Shown here: in pieces, positions 38,001 to 51,875 of the stretch
Layout of the letters: every line of letters starts with the position of its first letter
Numbering within the stretch: position 1 is the stretch's first letter
From: Raillietiella orientalis
Taxonomy: Eukaryota
DNA length: 64,000 nt
Direction: 5' to 3'
Assembly (NCBI GenBank): GCA_036172245.1
Contig: JAYWIR010000004.1
Coordinates: 4,836,001-4,900,000, forward strand
Notes under the pieces: model-generated
What the model saw: the letters and a program-made list of their open reading frames with translations, nothing else
Databases searched by the model: none
Told to the model about the DNA's origin: nothing
Translations under genes and position numbers: made by a program

Positions 38001-41000
38001 AAGAAGATTCGGATCCACTCGCGATCCCCTGCCGCTTGTATGCTCTTCAGGACGCTTTCCTTCCTCGGATCCCAGCCCTAGGAATTAGCGTAGGGGCTGT
38101 CCAGCTATGTAGTCTTGTTGACATAGTTTCTGCCTACTGCGAGAAACCGTGGACACAGCTCGCTGAGGTCCACTTGCTGTGTCACATGACCTGACTATCG
38201 CGCAGGTTTTCTCCTGGGTCCCGCGCCAGGGTTGCTGGAACCATCCTCCCGATTCATGAATTTCCCGAAACGAGATAGAGGAACAGAAGCACTTTTTTTT
38301 TTTCTTTTGGGTGGCGGCGAACTCCAGTTGCTGAGGTTTGCTTCCAAGGTGGTCTATTTTGTTTGGAGCGTTTTTTCTTTTTTTTCTCGCCTACAACCTG
38401 ACCCTACGCTTCCAACTACTTCTGGAACTACAGAGGCAAGTGGCGAGCATGCGATGAGGGGATGGAGGGAAGGAGGAGGAATCCAGGGATGATGCAGAAC
38501 CCGATCTTGCATCAGAAAAGTGCGAAAAACCATCGTCTCTTCGAGAGGATCAGTATGAAAGGAAAAGGGCGGTTCCAAGGGTGAGTTTTCTGAAGGAGGG
38601 TGTAGCGAAGGTCCAGGAGATCTGCGGAAAGCGCGACAATAGGCCGACGTGTGGTCAACTTGCGGACACAACGGATTCAGAGCCAACAAAAGATGAGGAA
38701 AAAACCGAACGAAGAGAGGCGCTCGGTCGAGGATGACCGTTCGTGGTCGGGGAAAGAGCCAGAAGTATCCGAGAGGTGGAATCATTTCTCCGATTCGATC
38801 CGTCGCGAGAGATTTAGCTTCGTGCAGACTCCTTTTTCCACCTATCTCTTAGGAAGTTGCTTCCATTTTATGGAGTTCTTCCTGGAGGTGCACGCCTGCA
38901 GCGGGGAGCCACGTTTTCGTGCTCGTTTCTTCCAGAACCCTGCGCAAGGGAAGAAAAAGACTGTGGACGGTGGTCGGCGGCAGAGCTTTCGCTCGCAGCA
39001 TCCTGCCGCTCCCTCCCATAAGCGCCCACGGCCTCCGCGGGTGCGTTCCTCCGCTGCTCCTTGCGCTTCGCGGTCCCTCCAGAAAATGTCCGCCGAGCCG
39101 ATTTTGTTCCCCCCCTCTCGTTCTTGCTCTCCCATTCGCTTCCCTTCGAGTAAGTTTTGGAAACCTTCTGTCTCCGCCAGACCCCTGACTGCCGCGGCCT
39201 GTACGCAGGAAAACGCGATGCGTGATGAGCAGGTCAAGCGGGAAGTGGAGGAAAGGAACTCCGACCCCAAGACGGTAAAGAGAAGACAGGGGTGGGCTCT
39301 GTGGGAGTCGGGTGCAGGTACAGCTCAAAGATGATGAAAAGCCGTAAGAGGAATCCATGAACGAGATGGCTAAAATAATCCCATGCCCTCGCCTTGCAAA
39401 AAAAAAAAACCTGCACCTTCACTCCAGTTTTTTTTTTTTTTTTTCCGTGGAAACAAAAATGCTGTATTTACTGCTTGCGTGCACCTTCTTATACATTCCC
39501 ATTTCGTGATGCAAAATGCAACCAAGGTATCAGCTAGTGCCAGTAGCTGGCTTGCATACCAATCATCACAGCTGTACAGTTTCATGCACGCTTATTCGTG
39601 GAAGTTTCTATCCCAGTTTCGTGCACAGTTCACTAGCAGCACCTTCTCTGTACTACCTTCTGTGCACCTTGATCTGGATCGTGCTTCCTTGTGTATCCCT
39701 GGAGGCCTGCTATTCTCTAGTTTTGAGTGAAAAACGTTGGCAAGACTGAAGATCTAACGCATCTCTTGTGGAAGCTGTGCCCCCTCTCAAGGCAGCTGCC
39801 GATGTCGGAAAAGCAGCCACATAAGATTGTCGTCATCTTGCTTTGAAGATGCAAATCTGAATCATTCCCCCTCACTTCTCACATTCCAAGCTGATGGCAG
39901 CAACGTGCATAGGTCTTCTCCCTTGTATTTGACCCCTCTTCTCTTTGACGGGAACATCGAGGGCAATCTGGGTTCAAATGCGGTGGCCGACGTGAACGAT
40001 CTCAAACCTAATAGAGAAATGTTAATATCATCACAGGGAAAAGGAGCAGAAATGCCAGTTCCCTCTCTGAAACACTGGAAGATGTAAAAGTGAATGCAAT
40101 CCGAAGCAGTTCGTTGTCCGGACGCCTCGGCAACCGGGCATCCACGATCGGCGTCGCTCCTCCTGCTCTCGGAGAACTAGGACTCGAACAGCCCTGAAGA
40201 CCGAGGTCTATCCCATACGCCTCTCTCCGTGTTTTCCTTTTCGCCATGAAATCTGCGCTCGGACGAAACTCTGCTTCCAGAAATCTGCTACTTGAAACCA
40301 CGCCCGCGAACTTCGGCGAATCGTCAGAGCCAACAAGATCGCAGCAGCATTCGATCCCAAGCCCTCAGAGCCAGGAGATGCGGAGGAACGATGGTGTCCT
40401 CAGAAGTCCGCAGTTTGATACCACTAGATGAGAAGACTGAGGCGATGGACCTGGAAGGCCGCATTTCGCACACAACCAGATCCCCGCAACGGGACCCACA
40501 ATTTCCGGGGCAGCGACGGAAGTGCGACCCAGGAAGCGAGACGTCCTGGATGCAAAGTCCAGCCAAAAAAAAAGTTGCAGAGGGAAGAAAGTGCGAAGCG
40601 ACAGAGGGAATGAAGAAAAGAAAGGAAAAGTCATGGCCTCAGGCAGAGAGAAAAGAATGGAAAGCGCGTGCCAAACCTCCAGATGACGTGCTATTCCGGA
40701 TGTCATGCTGTACACGCTGTTCTATACGATGGGAGTGCCCATGCAGAAGACGCGCTTTCCCGACTCCTTCGGGCGATTCTTGCAGTTGCATGCATCCGGC
40801 ATTCCTGCGAAACATGCAAGCGGCTGCACGCGCTCCTTCGTCTTGGATCTCCGATAAATGCAGTTAACAATTTATATTTACAATTCAGACGAAAGTCACA
40901 TCCTATGATTGAAGCTGCGCCTGCGGACAAGAGATCAGGATGAACGCGCGCAAAATCCAGCCTCCACCCGCCCTGCTTCGAATCTTCCAAACCGCCTTGA

Positions 41001-44000
41001 GCTGCTTCCCGAAACCACAGCACGACCTCTGCGGATCGAGGGCGGCCGTCTCTGCAAAAGTCTGCACGAGGGAGCGTGGAGACGAAGGACATGAAATGCC
41101 TTCGCGTTCCCTCTCTCCCGAACGTCTCTTGAAAGTCAGGGGGCTCGTGACTTCTCCCGGACAAGGTAGCAATCGTCCGAAAGCATGCAACTCCTGCTTT
41201 GCCTATCGATCCGAGCTTCCTTCTCTTCCTCCCTCCCTTCTGTATTTCGGGCTCGGGAGTCTGGATCTCGCAGACACCGGATCCCACGACGAGCGCCACG
41301 GGTTGCCAGGGCCGAAACGGCCGGGCTGGCATCAGAGGGACGCGATGGTTGTTCAAGGAAAATACGAATGGATTCTGGGAGAGCCGAGGTCACGGATTCG
41401 GGAACTCGGACTCAAGATCTCCCTCTCTTCTTCGGGGAGGAAAGTAGGGGGAGGCTCCGCGTGGCTCCACGCTCCTGCGTTCCATCAACTCCACCGGATT
41501 CCGATGCTCGTACGTCTTTCCTCCCAGAGCTGAAGTAGGAGCGAAGTGTCCGCAGCGGAGAGTTTCCCTCTTCATCACCTGATCGCTGGGCAATTTACCA
41601 AAAGTGCAGACCGTTGATCAAGTTCATCCTCCGGGGTCCAGCGCGCAGCTTTGCGTATTAGGACTCCTGGCTTGACTCTGGAAACGGACGTCGTCAGCCG
41701 TCCACAACCGCTCCACTCCGAACAGCATGCCCGTTTGGGGAAGGCGGTCAGGATGAGAGCAGTCTCATAATCTTTTCGAGGTTGCGGATTTTTGTGGGGT
41801 CGCTGCTCCGTCGGCGCTTTCGCGGGGGGGAAGCGATTCCTTTCCTCCCTTTTTGTTGTTCCTTCGGGTGGTGAAGACAACAAGAAGGAACAACGTTGCT
41901 GCCCCGTTCAGGATCGGTTAGGCGCGTGCGGAAAGCTTCCCGAACGAACCAAATGAAACCTGGCGTCCACGTGACCTCGCAGTCCTGAAGTATGACGAGG
42001 GATTCCGTCTCAGCGGCAGTGCATGCGTCCGGCTATCTTGTTGCGAGGCTCATTCTCCACGGACTCCCTGGACTTCAGCAGCCTTGAACAGACCCTGTTT
42101 GGGGGGAGGGCTGTTTTTTTTTTGGGCCGTTCCACGCGGAAAGCTCGCGGACGATCTCCTTCTGCCGGGACGAACCCAGACAGGACCCTGAAGACCCCTT
42201 CTTCTGTTCCAGGTGAAAGATACGAGTACGCGAAAAAGTTAAAGCACGCCATCGACGAGCTCAAACCCGTTGGTCTCAAGCTGGGCAAATACCAGCTGGA
42301 CGAAAAGGCCGCGCTGCAGCAGGGCAAGCACGACAAAGCACAGGCGAAGAGGACGCGCGCGGAGCAGTTGCGCGTGAGGGTCTACCAAGAGCTGAGACTC
42401 GCCACGCTGCTCGAAAGAGACCGGGTAAGCTGCTGACGTTCCGCTGGATTCTTGCATGCACTTGGGAGAGGAATTGCAGCCTCACTGCGCCAACGACCAA
42501 GAAGGCACCCAGGAAGCCTCCTCCGCCACCGCCGCCCCGCTGGAAGCTGAGAGGGTCGCCGCGGAAAGCGAGGGAGCGGACAAGAACAAGCCGGCCGCCA
42601 GAACGCAGAAGGCCAATCCTGGCAGACCCAAAACCGTGCCTGCCAGAAAATCCGTGACTACCTCCAAGATTCCGTCCCCCACCTTCACTTCCGGCAAGCT
42701 GACCGGCACCCCTCTGATGGAAAACGGATGCAAGAGACACGCTTACTACGACGAGTACGAAAATCGGACCCTTCCCGCGATGAGAAAGTATGGGAGAGCC
42801 CCTCTTCCCTTGCGCGTTGTCTGACATCCTGTTGAACCCCCCTATCCTAGCAAAGGAGCTCCGCTTTCTCCAGACGTGTTGACGAGGCCGTCGGCGATCC
42901 AAGATCACGAGAGGCTGGAAGCCCAACTTCCGATGGAGATATTTGGGCCCGAGCTGGTGAGTACCGTCCTGGCGCCCTGGGGGCAAGACGGAGAGCGAAA
43001 TCGATCCGCCAGGTCGAGCGAATCTGCTGCAAGAGTTTCGCAGAGAAAGAAACGGCCCTCAGGCAGCTCACCGATCGACTCATGCAGTACAATCCCAAGG
43101 CGGAAGAATACGCGGATTTTTCCCGGAGGCAGTTTCTCGAGGCGGCAGTGTTTTTCATCCAGAAGGGTTTGAACGACAAGATCACCCGGGTGTTCAGCGC
43201 AGCCACCCGAGCTCTCCTGTACCTCCTGGGAGAGTTCCCGAAAGAGCATAAGTACGCTCTCCGTGTCGCAAACTAATGGCCGGCCATAGAATATCTAAAA
43301 CAGATGTTCAGTGCATAATGGAGAGGGTGCTTCCAGAGCTGCTTTCCATGGCAGGGGACAGCGCGCATCGCGTTCAGAGGGTTGCCCAGGACACCATCCT
43401 CACACTGATTGATTTCCCCGAAGTCAGATCTATTAGAATAATTCCCGATGAGTTGCAGAAGACGTTCCAAGGCACCATATCTCACAGGCAAGCCCAAGCC
43501 AGAGCGGAAATCCTTGAGGAGCTTCTGAATAGGCATGGGATAGACAAGGATCCTCATTCGTAAGCCCTGCTTGATCGCACGTGGCGCTTTAGTTGCCGCT
43601 TGACAGTTCGATGAGCGCGGAGAGTCTGGTGAGCTTCGCCTGCTCCTCCGTCCAACATCCGGCGGAAGCAGTCAGGAAGTCCGGGGAAAAGATGCTTTAC
43701 CGCCTCTACCGCTATTCCCCTGCTCTAGTGCGAAAGAGTCTTCCTGTTAACGACGGGACCACTCGCAAAAACATGACCTACCGGCATGTCTTCGATGAGC
43801 TCGACCGCATAGACAGGTCCATGCAGGAGAACTCACGGATGAACAGCCGACCGGGTTCGTGCCTGAACGGGAAAATCGGTCACTCGGGAGCGGCTCAACC
43901 CAAAAGGGCGAACTGCCTGAATGACGTTTACCACTCATCATCTGCTTCGAAAAACTGGGAGAGGTGCGCGGGACACCCGAAAAGAGTGAGAGCCTCAAAA

Positions 44001-47000
44001 CTGGATTTTCAGGACTTGCACCTTCTGCGGGGAAGTCAACGACGAATTCAAAGGCGAAGCGCTTGATATGCATTACTGGAAGCATTGCCCTTTGCTCGTG
44101 AGATGCTGCGAATGTGGACAAGTTGTTGAGGTGATCCGCTACACCGATCACCTGATCAGTAAGTGGAATCCCTTTACTATAGTGAGTGAAAGTGAGTAAT
44201 ATAGTGAGTAATCTCTTTACCATTCACCGGTTTGGCACTTTCCAAAGCACGCGCTGTTGTGCATTTGCTCTAAGAACTTTCCATTTCACTCCTTAATGTT
44301 TGCAAGGATTCGAAGGGCGGTTCGAGTAGAGTGTGGAAATCGAAATAAGGTTGAAGGTCACGAAACTACGTCCTGGACACATTTTTTATTGCACGCTTTT
44401 GAAATCATGAATAGCCAAGGTAATTTTGTAAATCATCTCTTCATGTTCCATCGTAAATTTTGCTGCTGCAGCATGAGTTTTTGTTTCTTTCGTGGACTCG
44501 ATTTCTGTGATTTGTCCTCTCAGTGATTGATGCCTTTTTCGCTGCAACCACACCAAGATGTGAACGCATAAAAACCAGCTGGAAGAAAACTGCGTTTCTC
44601 ATGATAACTGCCGCCTTCGTTTATTTGCCTTGAACTTCCATTTCCCAACCAGTTGGAGACTGCGCACGGTCAGCTTGAGAAAGTTGACCACACTGCCCTC
44701 GTCCCACGGTGGATACTTTGTTGTAGTAAACACGGAGCGATTCGCCGCCACCGATGCCTTTCTCCACAAGACAAACGTTGTGCTGTATTAGTAATCGCAC
44801 CATCAGCACATTTTGCTTCGACAGCATCCGATCTTAAGTCACTAGACGAGCTTCGAGTTTGTGTGCAAATCATGAGCTTCAAAAATCGAAGCATGCCGAT
44901 GCGTGAGGATACTAGAGAATGACGTCAGCTGCCTCATTGAAGAACTTGGGATCGACACCGCCATCAAGAGAGGATTACTGAAGCTGAAAGGTCGAAAACA
45001 CGAGAGCTTACTGAATTTCGAGGTACCCTTCTTGCTTCGGCACTTCTCGTTCCAAAAGCCGAACCCACAAAAACAGATCGGTTGCATGTTATTTTGGCGG
45101 CTGTTTCCTCCAAAGTCCTTTTGGGTCTTGCGATCCTAATCAGCAAGTTTGTATTCACGTTGAATTTTCATCCATACTCGATGCTCCGGTCTCTTGTGCA
45201 ACTACCGCAGTTTTGTCTGTACTTTGTTTAAATCACATTATAGAGTTGATTTTCTATTTTTTTTTTCTTTGAAAAATTCGAACAGATAGTTCTAGATGAA
45301 ACTGAAGATGGCTTTCCACTATTATTCACTGTCCGTCTGTCATATTGTGGTGTTATCGACGTTCAGCATATTGGAGATTCCTTGCTTCTCGATTGCGTAA
45401 AGAAAGACTCGCAACTAATGAAGCCTGTAAACACAGCCTTCACTGGAGGAAAGACCCACGCTCTTCTTTTGCTGTGTGTCATAGCTTAACAACCACTTTG
45501 GGATGCAATCAGGGAGAAATGATTCGCAGTACGATGTTGAGATCCAAGGGTGATGTGCAAGCAAAACAAGCGGGGCGCTTTTGATGGAAAGGAAATGATC
45601 CTGATAAGAAGAGTAAATCAGGCAGTGTAACAGCAGCACAATTCACAACCGCAATAACAGAGTTCTTGCAAATGGGTTCCGGTAAAACAGCAGCAGTTGA
45701 GAGTACAGCGACAAGCATGGAAGCAAACACTGTATCCCGTTGTAAAGTGTGATTCATTTTTTTTAATGGAAAATCTGCATCGAGACTGTGCGGCTGTTGG
45801 CGAAGCACGGCAACCTCAGATCCTGGAAACTTTCCTGGAATCCAAGTTCTGGAAACCCTACAATTTACTTGCGTTTATGATGGGTGTCTTCAAGTATCTG
45901 GCTCCTTCATAGCAGGCAAATAGGAACGTGGAGCTTCCACAACCCACGATTGTAGTAATTACGATTCCTATTACAAACTAGGATTGTGGTGAGGATAGTC
46001 GACGTGCCCTATTTATTTGATGAAAATCCAAAATCACCGTTCATCAGGAATTCGCACCACTTCACCAGCACGTGGCGTTTAGAAAAACTCCGTTCCTTCG
46101 CGATCAGAATCAAGGCGGCCATGGTTGACAAATATGAAACATGCATGTGCATGAGCCAATATAGATCTGAATAAACAAATGTGTGCATACACGAACGCAT
46201 GTGCATTTGCTTACTTTCGTGCTTTATACAACGGACCGTGGTGCACACTTACTTGCACGTGTATACTTAACATGCACGCGTGCATGCTCGTACGAACGTT
46301 TGTGGGGATATACCCATCCGCGAAAGGAACACACGAAAATATGCGGAACGGTATCCAAGGTATCCAAGGCTGTCTCGCTGTCCTGCAGTCACACACGATC
46401 TCGTGTTTCGCACACTGAAAGCTGCTACATCGTGAGTGTAATTGAAAGAGTGTACGCGTCACACAGGACACCATGCTCCCGAGCATGAACACGAAAAGGG
46501 GGGGGGGAGTCATTGCGTCATTGGTCCCATTCTCGCTTTCGAAAAGTGATGTTTAGCAACACAGAAACCACAGGGCACAAACTACACACAAATCAAGCCC
46601 GATAACTGATTTGCAGCTCGTAAGACGCTTTCCAGAAGCATGCAACAAGAAATGACCCAGGAGGGCTTCATTAGGAACTCCTGTTACGGTGGGATGATAA
46701 CAGCCCCATTATTTCATGCCCCACTTATGTACATTTAGGTCACTTAGATGTGTGAATACGTGAGAATGTGTGCACACTTGAAAAGAGCGGACATGCTGCA
46801 TGGAAGTCTGCATGGAAGTCTGCTCCTCATCGGAACTGAAAACGTAGCAGCGGCGCTTCTTCCTGCAGGTGGTGCCATCCGGACCAATGTCACCATGGCA
46901 ACAAGTGCGAATTAACACACGCATACTTGAATAAACCTCAAGATGCAGCAAGAAAAATAACTGCCAAAGTGCTTGAAAACTATTAATGTCTTCCGCAATC

Positions 47001-47406
47001 AGTACAATTACAGTCTTTAATGTGTCCAGACCTAAATATTTCGCCAAGTCGTATCTCAAGTTTTTTTTTGCTTTTTTTTTTTTTTTTCATTGTTCTTTCT
47101 TTCTCAGAAGAATGCAGTGAAAGACGGAAATTCAAAAAGTGCATACGCTGCAGGGAACCAGTGCTGGCGTGCCAGTTTATTTCTCACCTGCAAAACAGAA
47201 ACTGCTCCCGTACGTATCACATCACACTTGGTCCACTCACACGTCTTTTTTCCCTTAAAGCTGTATTCCGAGGGCACATTCGCTGCCCCCTGTGCCATGC
47301 CGATGTTCGCCAAGGAGGTAATAACTGGATCGAGCATTTTCTGGGGAGCAATCCGTGCCCAGGCCAGACAAGAAGCAAAAGCACTTCAGGTATTACGAAT
47401 CAGTAA
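35067..47406 (+). CDS. CEP104: Centrosomal protein of 104 kDa; first coding exon unresolved. Exons 35067-35231, 35280-35497, 35810-36002, 42213-42424, 42471-42787, 42851-42956, 43013-43251, 43290-43559, 43607-43963, 44013-44158, 47108-47209, 47261-47406.
   Basis: Diagnostic segments: HGPTVGGWRS..CEYPQEIVLRLEKRWCIRKLQFLLHQY, RELRSVDVD, NQVSLIAINVIG, SPYDDLAFAMYVDVEVARIIRLLD and ERYEYAKKLKHAI. A HEAT/TOG-like middle region follows, then C-terminal zinc fingers (CTFCGE...LDMHYWKHCPLL; RCPLCH...WIEH). All joins are GT-AG and in phase. Confidence 0.93.
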
Positions 47407-50400
47407 AGACCATTGGATTAACACAATTCATGCAGTCGGCTTCACTGCGAACGGCATCCACACAGACGATAAGAAACATTACGCTTCCAAGTTACCTAAA
47501 CGCAATCACACAAAGTGACTTTGTAGCATGGAAATAAACTTTAAGCTTGCTGCAACACCAAAGTGAACACTCCACCCAGGTTTCAGCCCGAGGCCCCCGA
47601 ATAAGTCTTCACATTGAAAGAGCACAAACCAGGTACCAACAGGACCACAATCGTTCGACAAACATTTGGCGTGAAACTTTCGATCCGCACATATGCTTAC
47701 AAAAAAAATAGGCAAAACCAGCTACTCGAAATAGTCGCTGTCAACAGCTATATATTAAAAAGAAAAAAAACTTATTTTGTGTATCTATCATGAAGAAAAG
47801 GAATTTAATGACTTGCTCAAAAATTCATCTAACGATGTAAGATGTTTTGAATAAATGTAAACACAGGAATTATTACTGAGAATAAAAATTCCAACAAGCA
47901 ATACTGATTCAAGAATTTCGTCAAAATACAAAAACAAAAACAAAAACAAATTTTTAGCTTTTCAACCTTTTTATTGTTTTAACATTCGGAATTTAACGGT
48001 GCAAACAAACTTCTAGTTTACACAAACACCGGATGGACTTCCAAAGTGAACACCTTCCTTGGATAATCACCTCACCTGAAAATAAAAGATACATAGCTGA
48101 AACTTATGTAGTCAATCACTGCCTATTTTTCGCGAAAATTCGTAACTAGAAATTGATTTGGACATACGTAAACCTGAACTTAAATTCTGCAACTTTGGTG
48201 CGCATCATTTATTTTTTGTGTTTTGAGCCTCTTGATTGCAAACTTCTTTCATGTGATGGCACAAACACTTGATAAGAGCTCATATCGGATTACACTGTAA
48301 TTCACATTAAATTCTGTTTGATGCACTGTAATTGTATGCCCATAAGTGCAGATTAAGTAACCAAAGTTTCGAGTTTGTTAATAACTGTAACAGAACTCAA
48401 CAAATAGCCAGAAGGAATTGTGAAAATGGACTACCCATATAATGCCAATGAACATAACAATAAAACATCATATGAATTAAAAAGGGTTTCCAGATGAAAG
48501 TAAACAGGCATTGCTTCTAACATAGCAGTTGCAGAAAATCGGCCAAATGAATTTTCAGTTTGTTGAATCTGAACTTAATCAGATCTGAAATGCAAAGCTT
48601 GCAACTGTACAAGTCACTTTCATGGTCGAGAGTCAGACGTAAAAAGCGCTAAAATTTCGAATTCAACTTAAAGTAATATGGCTTTCTTCACAACAAATAA
48701 ATTTTACATAGCTTTTGAATCTCACAAATGCTGTGAACTATTAGTCTTTTCATTCTTTAAGATATAAAATGTACCGTGGCACTCCTTCGTTTTTCACATT
48801 TCATCCCTTATTTTCAGAATTCTTGATGAAAATCTTTCCAGCCTGAATCTTTGCATGAATACTGGTCAACTTTTATTGAGATATCCAACTCACTCTAAAA
48901 ATTCAACTCTTCCCACCAACACGATTGTGCTTTAGGTAAGAAAGCTCTGCATGTCTGTCAAATTAAACCAGAAAATTTGTTATCAGATGGTTTCGACTCC
49001 ACAGCACCAAAAAATGCAGCAATTGCGTTAATTCTTGATGTACCATGTACACTCAGTTATACATGATTTTCATCAATTATCATGCTAAAGTACATGCTGA
49101 GAACATTTTCCCAAACAAGGTGATGCACATTAATAGTGAAGTGAATATGAATTTTTCTGCCTAAATTACATGTAGTTTTTGCAACCCAAACTTCACCATG
49201 CAGACCACATGATAAGCAATTCATGTTCAGGAATTTTATCCTAGCGCTAGATCCTGACACATAGAAATAATTAGCTGCTTTACAAAATCGATTTCACTGA
49301 AATAACAACTGGTCAAGAACATTCCCATTAAAGGCAGAAATTACATTTCCATTATAAGCACACCTTTCCATATTTGCATATTCTGTTAAATAACGAATTC
49401 ATAAAATAATGAACGCACTAAATAAAGAATAGCTAGATTAAGACTCAAAGTAGATTCCTGGAGTTCAACACCTCAAAGTTCACTTCACTAAATCACAGAG
49501 ACAGGCATTACCTAGGTTATAAGTAAAATTAAGTCTAAATATCTTAAGTAAATGAGCTCAATTTTGAACAATACCATATGCTTTCATTATTAAAAATTAG
49601 AAGCACCAGAACTTTCTTTAAGAAAATAATTAATAATGGTAGTTTCACAACGATAGATATACCTAGGTACTGCTGACTTCAACAAAGTCAGTAACAAACT
49701 TAAAAAGTTGAAACAATAAACTTCACAGGATCCTAGTACAAGAAATCTATAACTACATCAGAAGCTCCACATGCTTTTCTTTTCAGCCCAAATTCACTTA
49801 TTACTAGGTGATAAAATCAATTTCATAAATTCTCATCACATATGTTCAAAGCACATAATTTATTCAAGCTGTTAACAGTTTAGCATATCATGACTGTAGA
49901 GAAAAAAGATTTTCTGATACACTAGCATCAACGACAGCTTTGCATCCACACAAGTTAGAAAGCAAGTATGCTCTCTTCTTCTGCATTTGTGCTGCTGTAA
50001 TGAATGGTTTGTCCACTAACAAATATTAAACATTAATTCTTCCATAAAAACTTAGCTACATCAAAAGTTTGTTACATATACATTCTCTTTGGATTTTACA
50101 TTTGACAATATGGAAATCATACGGACATGCTTGTACTCAACAACAAAAATATGTCACCATACTTTTTCCAAAATTGATTTTCACTGCAAGTTAATTGCTG
50201 CAAAACTGATAAACAGAATTTTGGCCCCAACTTCCATGTTGTATGCATTCACAGAGTTATATTCTTCTGGCAACTTTGCAATAAAAATATATTTCTAAAC
50301 TAAAAACCCACAATCCCTTATTAATTACATATACTGAATATCCAATTAAGTATAGTATTAACAGAGACATTCATAAACAATGAATTTTTGCCTTTGGTTG

Positions 50401-51191
50401 CTGCAAAAGATATCCAAACAATTTTCTTAGTAATTATCCTTACTTGAATTTTCCATTGGGCAATCAACAAAACTAATTCCCACAAAAATATAGTAACTTA
50501 TATGTTGAAGCACTTATCAACACAGTACCAATTTCAACAGGCAATCACCATTAGATTTACTATAATGTTATTTCCTGATAGCTATAGAAAATTATGATTT
50601 CTTTCATCACACAACACAAACTATTTTCATCATGAATCAATATTACTTAATTTACTTTCAATGTTTCCTGATAAAAACAATACAACTAAGTCTACTCCAT
50701 AAGTGTTTGTTGAGATACTGTTGTAATAGTTGCATTTAACGCAATTGGAAACTTCTCATTAGCTTACTAAACTTCAAACATTTTACAGCTGCTACTTTGA
50801 AATTCTACTGGCAATTACAACTTTAATGTTTAAAAATCCTTATTTTGGTTGTAATTTCAGTTATTTCCAGAATATGCTCACGCTGGTAATAAGGGCAACT
50901 AAAAAACGAAAGCTGGAAAGCCGACATTTTCAGAAACCTTCATTCTTTAAACTGTAAGAACAGTGTTACCTACAAACATGGACTAAAGCTATTAAAAAGT
51001 TTTCTTATGAAAAGGAAGGGGGCTTATATCATAAACACATTCAATTATACCCACAAAGAAAAAACAATAATGTAAAAGTGATACCTAATTTTTGCAAAAG
51101 TGTTGGATGAGTGCACTGCACCACCGGATTCTCTGGAAACAAATAAAACAATTAAACTTTGTGACAAACGATAATTTCGATGCCATCTGGT

Positions 51192-51260
51192 TTACTCAGA
51201 CATCCAAGGAAGAATTAAAATTTCATCCAAACACTCAAACTTGTAAAACATCATCAGTAA
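51192..51260 (-). ncRNA. SNORD14: Box C/D snoRNA, U14 (SNORD14)-like; predicted guide for the 18S rRNA Cm462 (human)/Cm414 (yeast) equivalent
   Basis: The minus strand reads TTAC-TGATGA...TTGA...GGATGA...CTTCCTTGGATGT-CTGA-GTAA. It has a C box, a D box, a terminal TTAC/GTAA stem and the U14 domain-B element complementary to 18S ACAUCCAAGGAAG. Confidence 0.88.
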
Positions 51261-51398
51261 CGTTTAGCTGCAAATTCGTATTTTAAAATGCTTGGGTGCT
51301 TACCTTAATATGGAAAGCTCGCAAATCGCTGTCTCCATCTAAAACAGAAAATACACTATAGAATTGCAAATAATTTGGTAAACACAATTCTGTAAACA

Positions 51399-51462
51399 TT
51401 TTTCAGATACGATATAGCATCATCAACGCATTTCAGGGTGGTGCATGAATCATCATTGAAAA
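51399..51462 (-). ncRNA. Box C/D snoRNA, U32/snR40-like; predicted guide for the 18S Gm1328 (human)/Gm1271 (yeast) equivalent
   Basis: The sequence ATGATGA-TTCATGCACCACC-CTGA-AATGCGT-TGATGA-TGCTATATCGTAT-CTGA has perfect C, D', C' and D boxes. The D' guide CATGCACCACC pairs with 18S GGUGGUGCAUG, and the fifth-nucleotide rule gives the G1328 equivalent. Confidence 0.85.
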
Positions 51463-51875
51463 TACATATTTATAAGAAATCACGACAAAACTACAAACAA
51501 AATACAAATTTATCATTGAAAGTTCCACAAATACCAGATTGAGTGAACCTGAAATTAAGAAAACACTTACCTACACGACACACATTCCTACATTCGACAT
51601 ACATGCACGTTCAGCACGTACACAAATCTGTTGAACCTGCTCCATCGCATCCGTCGGAAGTGCTCCACCTACAAGATAGGCAAAACACATGAACACAGAC
51701 ATTTGCTTAATTTAGTCAAACAACCAAATTGTGATAAAAAAGTATGAGGAACTTAAATCATCTAGCTAACACAAGGAGTATTTTTAGGAGTTTTAGAGAG
51801 CAGATATTCCAATGTAATTATATAGAAAAATAATTCCTTCGTAATAATCTTATAAGCAACTACATTTATTTATAA

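Noticed and set aside
46790..46825. Short tandem duplications (TGCATGGAAGTC x2; also TGCCCTACTGA x2 near 24311-24339)
   Set aside because: Ordinary local slippage with no associated structure.
50530..50640. Two C-box-like TGATGA motifs on the minus strand
   Set aside because: There is no downstream CTGA D box or terminal stem at a suitable distance.
51571..51668. Selenoprotein reading (CTC-TGA-TC) of the host-gene exon
   Set aside because: I recognised no family and saw no SECIS element. The intronic snoRNAs explain the locus better.
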